From: a virus
Direction: 5' to 3' (one strand)
Length of the DNA stretch: 64,000 bases
IMG/VR virus record: IMGVR_UViG_3300036715_001865
Coordinates: 96,001-160,000 of that record
Both the position numbers and the translations under genes were made by a program. Positions 1-8,542 of this stretch are shown in pieces. Numbering within the stretch: the stretch's first letter is position 1; every line of letters starts with the position of its first letter. The notes beneath the pieces are model-generated. The model was not told the DNA's origin and ran no database searches. It saw nothing but the letters and a program-made list of their open reading frames with translations.

Positions 1-1
1 T

Positions 2-1306
2 ATGATGGATGGATTTAATACCCTGGACTCAAGTGGTAAAGGGAACGTGGTTACCTCATATAACAGGGGTACCTATACCAATTCATCTTATGTTTTTGGG
101 GTGGGTAGAGATTTAGGGTCAGGGACTGTTGGGAATGCACAAACTATATTCCCCGAAACTTCAGATTTTAATTTTGGCGCAGGTGATTTTACTATTCGGT
201 TTAGGTTTGCGGTTACTAATTCTGCAGAGGGGCGGGTACATGGACTACTTAGTAACGGCTATGGTATTTCTGTTGATTGGACTTATGCAACAATTACTGT
301 ATCGTTATCATACGATGGCATAACCAATGCAGTAGTAACTAGTGGACCCTGTGCAATGTACGAATGGCAAGCTATCTCCATAGAAGTATACAATAGTACA
401 TTATACCTATACGTCAATGGAGCTTTGGTCAATACCCCAGTTATACTAACCGCTCCAATATACCATCAAGTTGGTAGGGTTATCGCTTTGGGTGCACGAT
501 GGGATAAAATAACATGGGCTTTAATGGATGAATTTATGATATACCGTGGAACATCATTGGCTCAAGGGGCTTCAAGTTATGCGGTTGAACTTGCACCATT
601 TCCAAGCTATACGTTTATTCCAGGTACCACCAATACTACATTCACATTTGCTGTTACAAGAGCTAATAGTATTGGAACATCTAGTGTTGATTATTCTGTT
701 ATTGGAGCAACCGATGGCACGCACTCTGCTGCATCCGCAAATGATTTTGCTGGTGGAGTATTTCCGTCTGGAACAGTAACATTCTTAGATGGTGAAAATA
801 CAAAAACACTTTCATTTGATGTTATTGGAGATTCAATTGTTGAGGCAGATGAGAGATTTAATGTGGTATTATCCAACCCTGTTAATGCAGTAATTGGTAA
901 TGGTGCTACCTACGGTTATATAATAAACGTTGATAACCAAACACTACCAACGTTTACTATTAGATCTCGAGTGGAATATCTACTATTAGAAAATAGTACT
1001 GAATTGCACAGCTTCAACATACATCGAAATATAGGGACTGGAACATCTAGTGTTGATTATTCCGTAGTAGGTGCTCCAGATAGCACACATACAGCGGCAG
1101 ATGCAACTGATTTTGTTGGTGGTGTATATCCATCAGGAACGGTAACATTTTTGGACGGAGAAACTGATAAGTTAATATACATTCCAATTGCTGATGATGC
1201 TACAGTTGAGGCAGACGAGAGATTTGATGTAATATTATCCAATCCTGTTAATGCTATTATTGGTATTGGTATGGATTATGGATATATTCGTAACAATGAC
1301 TTATGA
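2..1306 (+). CDS. LamG-like plus tandem Calx-beta domain protein (tail fibre/adhesin-like), probably 5'-truncated by the window
   Basis: Two ~122-aa Calx-beta repeats (GTVTFLDGE.K....I..D..VEADERF.V.LSNP); LamG-like MDEFMIYRG segment upstream. Confidence 0.75.
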   Translation: MMDGFNTLDSSGKGNVVTSYNRGTYTNSSYVFGVGRDLGSGTVGNAQTIFPETSDFNFGAGDFTIRFRFAVTNSAEGRVHGLLSNGYGISVDWTYATITVSLSYDGITNAVVTSGPCAMYEWQAISIEVYNSTLYLYVNGALVNTPVILTAPIYHQVGRVIALGARWDKITWALMDEFMIYRGTSLAQGASSYAVELAPFPSYTFIPGTTNTTFTFAVTRANSIGTSSVDYSVIGATDGTHSAASANDFAGGVFPSGTVTFLDGENTKTLSFDVIGDSIVEADERFNVVLSNPVNAVIGNGATYGYIINVDNQTLPTFTIRSRVEYLLLENSTELHSFNIHRNIGTGTSSVDYSVVGAPDSTHTAADATDFVGGVYPSGTVTFLDGETDKLIYIPIADDATVEADERFDVILSNPVNAIIGIGMDYGYIRNNDL

Positions 1307-1472
1307 TGCATTGGGGGTTGAGTGGGCATGTAAGGTTGATATAACAGATGGGTCTGTTATATCAATCTTATCTATCTCCACAAATGAACTAGGACTAATG
1401 TCTACTTCACTACGAGCCGTATCCATTCCTGAAACAGAAGACAATCGTGTTATAATAATAACATTCCCATAA
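1296..1472 (+). CDS. small hypothetical protein
   Basis: ATG at 1296 overlaps the end of the upstream gene and fills the gap to 1537; no motif. Confidence 0.35.
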   Translation: MTYDALGVEWACKVDITDGSVISILSISTNELGLMSTSLRAVSIPETEDNRVIIITFP

Positions 1473-1536
1473 CCAAAGTGGCAAAAGTGTATTAGTACTT
1501 TTGCCATATATATTAGACCCCATAGGAGAAAAATAA

Positions 1537-2745
1537 ATGTCAAATCTGAACGAAATATCACCAATAACCGTAAATGGACATTGTGTAATCACAGACGATA
1601 CTGGAGAGGTGTTGTTAGATAAACACAATGCAATTCACCCTCAAAATATGGCAAGAATATTCGCAAGAGCATTAGCCAATGAACAAAACTCATATATTAA
1701 CCGTATTGCATTTGGCAACGGTGGAACTATTGTAGATGCTGCATTAACTATTACTTACCGAACCCCAAATGATGGACAAAGTCCAGATATTGCTTCTTGG
1801 GATAGTCGGTTATACCACGAAACGTTTTCAAAAATTATTGACGACGGACAAGTAACATTAAATCCAAATATGGGAGTCGATCCAGGTTCAGCAGATTTGA
1901 ATACTGGAACACGTTCTGGGGGCGGATCAGTTCCATCAAGTGATCCAACAACAATTCCACATATTTCAGGACCTGGTGTTAGAAGTGTTGATCTTGGATT
2001 AACTTCAGAAGTTGTAATATCTGCAACTATTAATGCAGACGAACCAAAAAGTCAATATTTAATTGATACGTTTAATCCAACACAAAATACTGAATCTACT
2101 TTTGTGTTTGATGAGATTGGTTTATATACTGGTGGTTCTGTAGCGATTAATACTGGTGGATATCAGTATGTAGATGTCGGGAATAGAGTATCAACTGATA
2201 ATACCAGTTTGGTCTCTAACGCACCATATTCATTTGATATATCAGTGGATGGTGGAACTACTGTAACTATTAATTTCCACACACCTATAACTGGTGGGTC
2301 AGGAAGTGCTGGTGAAATTTTATATGGTGATTTGTGTCAAGCTATTAATACTGGAAATACTGCTTGGGGGATGTTAGGAACCAGTCCATTACCAAATGGA
2401 GCCATTATGACTATAACTGATCTAACAGGAGGAACATTCTCTTCTATAACAGGCGCAAATTCCTACGGGTTTTTGAAAGTAACTAGTGGTACAACTGGTA
2501 CAGCATCATCTGTGTCTATGTCAGGTGGTACTTTATTTGCTGCTTTGAATGCTCCAGTAGGTGGTGTAGTTCAACCAACTGTAAGTGGTACTGTAGCAGG
2601 ATTACAAAACGCTCCAACTCATGCCTCCACTGAAAGAGAACGATTATTAGCTCATTTAATATTTTCTCCTATTATAAAAACAGCCAACAGAACTCTAAAT
2701 ATCACATACACGCTTACTATATCTGTAGCTCGTACACCTAGATAA
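1537..2745 (+). CDS. probable virion structural protein (baseplate/tail)
   Basis: GGAG RBS; Gly/Thr/Ser-rich beta-type composition; RIAFGNGG and FDEIGLY motifs seen in phage tail/baseplate proteins; structural gene context. Confidence 0.5.
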   Translation: MSNLNEISPITVNGHCVITDDTGEVLLDKHNAIHPQNMARIFARALANEQNSYINRIAFGNGGTIVDAALTITYRTPNDGQSPDIASWDSRLYHETFSKIIDDGQVTLNPNMGVDPGSADLNTGTRSGGGSVPSSDPTTIPHISGPGVRSVDLGLTSEVVISATINADEPKSQYLIDTFNPTQNTESTFVFDEIGLYTGGSVAINTGGYQYVDVGNRVSTDNTSLVSNAPYSFDISVDGGTTVTINFHTPITGGSGSAGEILYGDLCQAINTGNTAWGMLGTSPLPNGAIMTITDLTGGTFSSITGANSYGFLKVTSGTTGTASSVSMSGGTLFAALNAPVGGVVQPTVSGTVAGLQNAPTHASTERERLLAHLIFSPIIKTANRTLNITYTLTISVARTPR

Positions 2746-2767
2746 CCATATCAAAAGGAATTAAATA

Positions 2768-3019
2768 ATGTCAAGAGTAGTAATAACTTCAAGATTTGCA
2801 TATGAGAAAACTGATCCTCCAGCAAATGTGTGGACTATTGTACATAAGTTAAATATAACTAGTCCGGTTGTTCGAGTTTGGGCAACTTCTAATGTTGATG
2901 GCCAGTATACACTATTAACTGTTGGCACTGATTATAATATGCATGTGCCGAATGCGTCAACCGTTACTATAACTTTTACAAATAATGCATTAGTTAAAGG
3001 CAATGCATTAGTAACATAA
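2768..3019 (+). CDS. small virion protein with W-x-I-x-H-x-L motif
   Basis: AAGGA RBS; WTIVHKLN..PVVRVW; paralogous to the next gene. Confidence 0.5.
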   Translation: MSRVVITSRFAYEKTDPPANVWTIVHKLNITSPVVRVWATSNVDGQYTLLTVGTDYNMHVPNASTVTITFTNNALVKGNALVT

Positions 3020-3028
3020 GGAAAAACT

Positions 3029-3244
3029 ATGTCATCATACAATCACAATCAACCAATAAGTGCCACAGTTTGGACAATTACACATGGGTTAACAAGCAAG
3101 TTCCTAGCGATTGATGTTTTGGAATTGGTAAGTGGAGGGATACATAGGAAAATAAAACCAGTATCAACTGAAATTATTGATTTTAATATTGTTGCAGTAC
3201 ATTTTGCAACTCCAATAGCTGGAGTTGCAAGAGTCGTAGCTTAA
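3029..3244 (+). CDS. small virion protein with W-x-I-x-H-x-L motif
   Basis: AAGGA RBS; WTITHGL motif. Confidence 0.5.
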   Translation: MSSYNHNQPISATVWTITHGLTSKFLAIDVLELVSGGIHRKIKPVSTEIIDFNIVAVHFATPIAGVARVVA

Positions 3245-4359
3245 TATTCTGTTTCCCACATAACAACAAGATTAAAACCTAATGATTGTATTAGGTTTTC
3301 TCTTTCTATCGTTTTTTGATATAACTCACCCATTGATTTTCCACTCACCTCATTAATTTCTTCAGGGGCATAAATTAGTGGATTTCCGTGCCAATAATCG
3401 CCATGAAATTCATAAATGGTATTTGTCTCTAAACAATATCCATCTGCTCTAAATCTGGTTCCTGGGATTTTCCATTCAGGTATTAAATCAGCTTCCTGTT
3501 GGTCTAGCCAAAGTTGGCATTTGTATGAACTCCAAAAATGTTGTTTGATTTCTATTTCGTGGTTCTTCAAATACCGCAATATAGTCGTTCCAACTATACC
3601 TAGTTCATCAGCTATCTGTGCAGCTGTTTTATTTTGTGTAATATATTGTTCAAATAACCAACTATAATCTTCTATTAATGGGAGAATATCAACCATATGA
3701 GATTGACTAGCACTACTTGTACCATATTTTTGTAGGTTGGTGGATTTTGTTCTAGTTGAAAAATCGATAGTTTTTGAATAGTGAGTCGCCCCATATTTGG
3801 ATTGTGAGGTATTAACACCTTTGTGTTTACATATATCGTGTTGCAATGCATGTATAGTTCCATACTTATTCAACATGGTATTAATACGTTTTTGGTTTAT
3901 GATAGGGTTTTCAAAACTCAAAGAATTACCGTATTTATTGATCATGGTAATAGTTCGTTTTGACTGTATAGTAGAACTATTAAATGGATAAGCTACTCCC
4001 AAATTCCTCATGTTGGTAGTTGTTACTTTTTTGTGAAATTCGGCAGTTTTGGAGAACGAGTCAACTCCATATCTATCCACACAGGTGTCTTTCTTTTTCT
4101 GTTGTACCTTAATATTACAAGCTGGTTGCCCCCCATATCTAATTAGGTTGGTTTGAATACGTTGCTGCTGTGCACACGTTGGACAACCATTGTTGTTTAA
4201 GTGGTTGCCCGGCTGTTGTGAAAACTGTCCATGAGTTGGACATATTATTATGACTTTGGTGGAATTATTGAGATATACCACCTTGCTATAATCATATTTG
4301 TTATTATGGATGATATTAGCTTTGGTGATAAATTGTTCAATAGTCTGTCTTGGTGGCAT
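3241..4359 (-). mobile_element. free-standing putative homing endonuclease (N-terminal zinc ribbon, YG repeats, HTH, C-terminal PD-(D/E)XK/Vsr-like nuclease)
   Basis: CPTHGQF...GCPTC; repeated KYG/RYG units; ADGYCLETNTIYEFHGDYWHGNP; opposite strand to the upstream structural genes. Confidence 0.7.
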
Positions 4360-4387
4360 AGAAACCTCTCATTCATAAGATTCTTAT

Positions 4388-4416
4388 ATTATAAAGAGGT
4401 TTCTAAATTGAATCAA
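4388..4416 (-). promoter_or_regulatory. sigma70-like promoter of the endonuclease gene
   Basis: TTGATT-N17-TATAAT. Confidence 0.6.
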
Positions 4417-4800
4417 CTATTGTGCAACTTGAGCGGTTTGGCCAGCAACAACAGCCCCACCCATTTGACCAGATCTAGGATCCATTACTTTACCATTTGG
4501 AGTAAGTTGACGGACAAGTTGGTGGAAATATGCCAATGCATTCATCCCATTACCCAAAGTTTTTTGTGCCATCAAATCATATAGCTCAAAACTTCTTGAG
4601 TTACGATCCATTAAAATACCAGCAAGGCGTTTTTTATCAATTTCATCCAAGTCATTTGTTTTGAAAAATAATACATTACCACTCGCATCACGTCTCATGA
4701 TTGCACACTCATGTAAAATTCCATCAGCATTTAATTCAATCCACTCAATGTGTGGAAATTCGCGTGACATTTCGTGTTTGTAACTTACTTCTGTTGCCAT
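4417..4800 (-). CDS. hypothetical protein
   Basis: Clean 127-aa ORF with RBS-like GAGA; no motif recognised. Confidence 0.7.
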   Translation of the reverse strand: MATEVSYKHEMSREFPHIEWIELNADGILHECAIMRRDASGNVLFFKTNDLDEIDKKRLAGILMDRNSRSFELYDLMAQKTLGNGMNALAYFHQLVRQLTPNGKVMDPRSGQMGGAVVAGQTAQVAQ

Positions 4801-4888
4801 TTTTTCATCTCTCTATAAGGTATGTGCATATATTTAGATAGTTTAAATGGTAGGGATTTTTGATGGAAATATTGGTCCCCCAATACAA

Positions 4889-5899
4889 TTAACTTGGAAT
4901 TGGACGTTGAACCCCATCTACTTTTATATCAATAACCTTCCGTAGGCTTTTTGTAACACTTCCAGCTCTACCTTGATTCCCACCAACAACATATATAGTT
5001 CCCGGGCGAGGCCCTGGACCATAATACATAGCTACGTGGCCTGTCCCTCCATCTCTATTAAACACAACAATATCTCCCTTTTGAGCATTTGAAATACCAC
5101 CAGATACTGGATTCCCATATCCTGTATAACTTCCAGCAGCAAGAGATTGGTTAAATTTAAAACAATTTCGCTTTAACATAGCTCCAGTGAACGCAGCACA
5201 CCAAGCTGTTTTATCACCACTTATATCAGGAAACCCCACATCTCCATATAGAGCATTTATATTTGGGTTGTTACCTGTTTCAGTCCACTGTCCAGTTTTT
5301 GCTTCAGCTAATACATTATCCAATGCAGTTCCTAAATCCCCACCAGATGAACAATTTGGATTAGATATAGCAGCAGCAACAGGTTGAACAGGTGGTGCGC
5401 TTGGATCATCCTCCATTTCTGGATGTCCAGCTACACCATTTTCAATGTTTGCTGGGGTGTTATACTTGCTGGTATTATTTAGATTGTGATTATATGTTTG
5501 TTGTTGATGGTGGGTAATTGTTACTTTTTGTTCTGGAGAATTCCCCACAAAGGTTGAGGTGGGTGGTGGTGGGTTGGTATTAGCGGTTGCTGGACTGCTA
5601 CTGCTCCCGCCACCCTCATTTGCAAATACGGTAAATTGTCCTAATACCATATTCAAATCCCCACATATTCGCAAATCTTTATCACGGTGCACTGCAATTC
5701 CTCCAACAAACACGTTAGGACTTCCTTGGACTGATAGAGGAACACAATGTATAAAATCATCTGGACAGTGGGAATCAGGACTTGCTAAATTCCCAATAAC
5801 TATTACGGGTTTGTTGTTTATTGATACAGTTGTTTGAGTAGCATGTATTTCACCATATCCAGCTGTATCTGGATCATTTTCTACGCTTATTAGTGGCAT
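4889..5899 (-). CDS. PAAR-like spike-tip domain fused to a CHAP/NlpC-P60-like (TIGR02594-type) peptidoglycan hydrolase
   Basis: N-term HCPDDFIHC...GSPNVFVGGIAVHR..D...CG; C-term AWCAAF, GDIVVF, GHVAMY, GGNQ. Confidence 0.75.
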   Translation of the reverse strand: MPLISVENDPDTAGYGEIHATQTTVSINNKPVIVIGNLASPDSHCPDDFIHCVPLSVQGSPNVFVGGIAVHRDKDLRICGDLNMVLGQFTVFANEGGGSSSSPATANTNPPPPTSTFVGNSPEQKVTITHHQQQTYNHNLNNTSKYNTPANIENGVAGHPEMEDDPSAPPVQPVAAAISNPNCSSGGDLGTALDNVLAEAKTGQWTETGNNPNINALYGDVGFPDISGDKTAWCAAFTGAMLKRNCFKFNQSLAAGSYTGYGNPVSGGISNAQKGDIVVFNRDGGTGHVAMYYGPGPRPGTIYVVGGNQGRAGSVTKSLRKVIDIKVDGVQRPIPS

Positions 5900-5904
5900 A
5901 TGTT

Positions 5905-5939
5905 GTACCTCATATTAAACTGGTATTTATATGAGGTAC
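5905..5939 (-). promoter_or_regulatory. T4-late-like promoter (TATAAATA, 5924-5931) within an RBS-sequestering hairpin
   Basis: 11-bp inverted repeat 5905-5915/5929-5939; the 3' arm contains the GAGG RBS. Confidence 0.7.
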
Positions 5940-5952
5940 TTCGTAATTTTCG

Positions 5953-6882
5953 TTACAAACTGAGCATGGGAACAAATAACTCTATACTTTCTCGTATTTT
6001 TACCAATTGAAACCGTCCAGTAAATTGTAAGATATGGAAGTAAGAGAATTTCTTCTTTGTTTGCTCGGCTGCATCTAATGTAGCATCCATTAGATGCCTA
6101 ATGTCTGGTGGCTGCTTTTCCAAATCTATTAAAATTTGGTTATGTTTGAACATTTGGTTTACAGTAAATTCTTCTTTATCTTGATTTGTCCATTTTTCAG
6201 CCATGAAGTTAATAAATTTATAACCATCTCCATCTAAAGCATCATTGTACACCTCTTTGATTCGAGTTGAACGAACCATAGGATATGCGGACTGTATATT
6301 ATCGGTGCTATCACCTCTAACACACTTATGAAATAAATAATATTCAGCATCATTATCAAAGTTCTCAAGGGTATTTTGAACCTTGTCAGTAATAGGAGAT
6401 ATTAATGTCACATTTGGAAATTTCATCAATTGGGCCAAATCACTATCAGCTGATACTAACACAATATCACTATCTAAATTTCGTTGAATAAACCCAGCCA
6501 ATAAATCATCTGCTTCCAGTTCATCATTAAATAATGTCACAACAGTAGTGTGATTTATAATCAACTCTTCAAATTCAGCCAAATGAGCAATAAATTGTTC
6601 ATATTTAAGCTGTTGACTTGGAGTCATATCTTTTCTTCTGTTGCCCTTATATGGTTTTAAATAAGGGTGGGCGGCTGTATATGTTTTCCTCCAACTAGAC
6701 CTATCAAAAGCCATAACGACTTTTTTTGGTCTATATTGTTTGAAATACTTATTAAGAGTGGTGAGCGCCATATGCATACTCATTCCACTAATAACAGACT
6801 CTTCTTCATTAGAATTAGCATAAAAAGACCGATACAACAAATTACTAATATCCAAACACAAATAATCACACGATTTTGCCAT
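5953..6882 (-). CDS. rnh: 5'-3' exonuclease / T4-type RNase H
   Basis: LDISNL, ELEADDL, SADSDLAQL, GDSTDNI motifs. Confidence 0.9.
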   Translation of the reverse strand: MAKSCDYLCLDISNLLYRSFYANSNEEESVISGMSMHMALTTLNKYFKQYRPKKVVMAFDRSSWRKTYTAAHPYLKPYKGNRRKDMTPSQQLKYEQFIAHLAEFEELIINHTTVVTLFNDELEADDLLAGFIQRNLDSDIVLVSADSDLAQLMKFPNVTLISPITDKVQNTLENFDNDAEYYLFHKCVRGDSTDNIQSAYPMVRSTRIKEVYNDALDGDGYKFINFMAEKWTNQDKEEFTVNQMFKHNQILIDLEKQPPDIRHLMDATLDAAEQTKKKFSYFHILQFTGRFQLVKIRESIELFVPMLSL

Positions 6883-6890
6883 ACTTCCTC

Positions 6891-7313
6891 CTATAGATAG
6901 TCACTTACAGTTTTCTTACTTGCAGTTTCAACAACTCGAGATTCGAATTTATCAACCAAATCTTGATACATTAGTGCAAGCCATTTCTGTACAGCAACAT
7001 CTTCATCCGAAGCTGATATCCCATTTTCTTTTAAATATTGAATAAACGCATCATTCCAATCCAAATTGATTACAATGCCCTTTATTTCATCAATAGATTC
7101 TCCTATAACTTCTACCCACGGATCAGGGCTATTTCGTTTATCGTCATATTTTTGTTGTTTCTCTCTCAGTATTGTTAGCTCTGATGAAGCCTCTTCTAAC
7201 CGAGCCTCCACAAGAGCCCTATCTTCTCGTTCAGCTGTTAGCAAATGCTCTAACTGATCCAATCTACTTTCAACTGATTGTTTTTTCTCTTTTGATTTGT
7301 TGAACCACCACAT
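6891..7313 (-). CDS. conserved phage hypothetical protein with coiled coil
   Basis: PWVEV...LDWNDAFIQYL motif resembles T4-like phage hypotheticals. Confidence 0.6.
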   Translation of the reverse strand: MWWFNKSKEKKQSVESRLDQLEHLLTAEREDRALVEARLEEASSELTILREKQQKYDDKRNSPDPWVEVIGESIDEIKGIVINLDWNDAFIQYLKENGISASDEDVAVQKWLALMYQDLVDKFESRVVETASKKTVSDYL

Positions 7314-7341
7314 AATAATATCCTTTTAATTATGTTTGTTT

Positions 7342-8094
7342 TTAATTTCGTGCCATAACATACACATCAAGTCCATTAACTGTAAATATTAATGTACCTT
7401 TGGCTGTTATAGAACATTTTCCTGTTTGATTTGTTTTAAAAATAGGTAACAATAAATCAATTGGATATTTGTAAGAGAATGATGCAGGGGTATCATCACC
7501 AATTGATTCCATAGTTGTGGCAAAATGATATTCCAAAGTATCCCCATTAATATCTGTGATGTCTAATGAAACACCTGATTTACTTCCATTAAATGATACC
7601 TCATCAGTCTTCATTGCTACTTTTCCTTTAGCTATCATATTGATTGCTTCTGGAGTGATGTTTATTTCGTAGGTACTTACTCCAGCCCTTACTTTAGGTG
7701 CTTTTATAGTCTGTGGACTAGCACACCTATAATCAATGGTAGTATTCCGGCCTTTCATCATTAAAGACTTAACCCACATAGGCGTTTCTGACGCAACTGT
7801 TCCCACTTTTCCAAACCCAATTAAATTGGAATTACCAGTTGTTACTGCTTCAATTGAAAACCCATCTTGAGATTTTGCAAGTTCCAGGCGAGCTATAAAC
7901 ACCTCAATTCTATTAAGTCCTAATGAACCACACGATAGCGGTGGGACACCCACATCTTGATAAAGCACTACGGTTTGTTCGTCGGACATTGCTCTAACTT
8001 TTCCTGGTTCAATAATTATATTGCTTATATTAACCAATTTTGCTGTAGTAATTACAAGCCGTATAAAGGCTATTTCTTCTGCTGTTAATGTCAT
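7342..8094 (-). CDS. probable DNA polymerase sliding clamp (gp45-like)
   Basis: 250 aa with alternating helix/strand pattern, located between polB and rnh; no diagnostic motif. Confidence 0.5.
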   Translation of the reverse strand: MTLTAEEIAFIRLVITTAKLVNISNIIIEPGKVRAMSDEQTVVLYQDVGVPPLSCGSLGLNRIEVFIARLELAKSQDGFSIEAVTTGNSNLIGFGKVGTVASETPMWVKSLMMKGRNTTIDYRCASPQTIKAPKVRAGVSTYEINITPEAINMIAKGKVAMKTDEVSFNGSKSGVSLDITDINGDTLEYHFATTMESIGDDTPASFSYKYPIDLLLPIFKTNQTGKCSITAKGTLIFTVNGLDVYVMARN

Positions 8095-8127
8095 ATTTAA
8101 TCCTTTATCTATGTAACATATATTATA

Positions 8128-8541
8128 CTAGAAAATAAACTCAGATTCAAGCGTTTCTGCCATTTTTGATATGGGGATATATTCCACTATATCATATCCA
8201 TGATTAGTTAACCATTGTGACACCAAATGTCTATGGCAGAATTGATGTGGCAACTCATAACACAAAAGTGTTGCTTCTTCTGTTAATTCATCTACTACTT
8301 GTTGTGGATTTAACTTATGTAATTGGTGATTGTATCGTTCAATATACACCTCCTTTGTTATAATACCTGACTTATACGGAGATACCATGGTATCCCAGCT
8401 AGGAGCTAAATTTGGATACCAATCATACCTCACCCCAAGATTAAACAAATATGTTCTCACTCTAGGGGTCAAACTGCAACTAATTGAGGTTAGTTTAGAT
8501 AGGTGTGTTATATCTGGTCCTTGGTAATAATAGGTATACAT
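8128..8541 (-). CDS. DUF488-like protein
   Basis: LLCYE...FCHRHLVSQWL motif; start reassigned to ATG 8541 behind GGGAG. Confidence 0.7.
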   Translation of the reverse strand: MYTYYYQGPDITHLSKLTSISCSLTPRVRTYLFNLGVRYDWYPNLAPSWDTMVSPYKSGIITKEVYIERYNHQLHKLNPQQVVDELTEEATLLCYELPHQFCHRHLVSQWLTNHGYDIVEYIPISKMAETLESEFIF

Positions 8542-8542
8542 A

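Noticed and set aside
691-1242. Two similar antisense ORFs (691-876, 1057-1242)
   Set aside because: Shadows of the duplicated Calx-beta repeats
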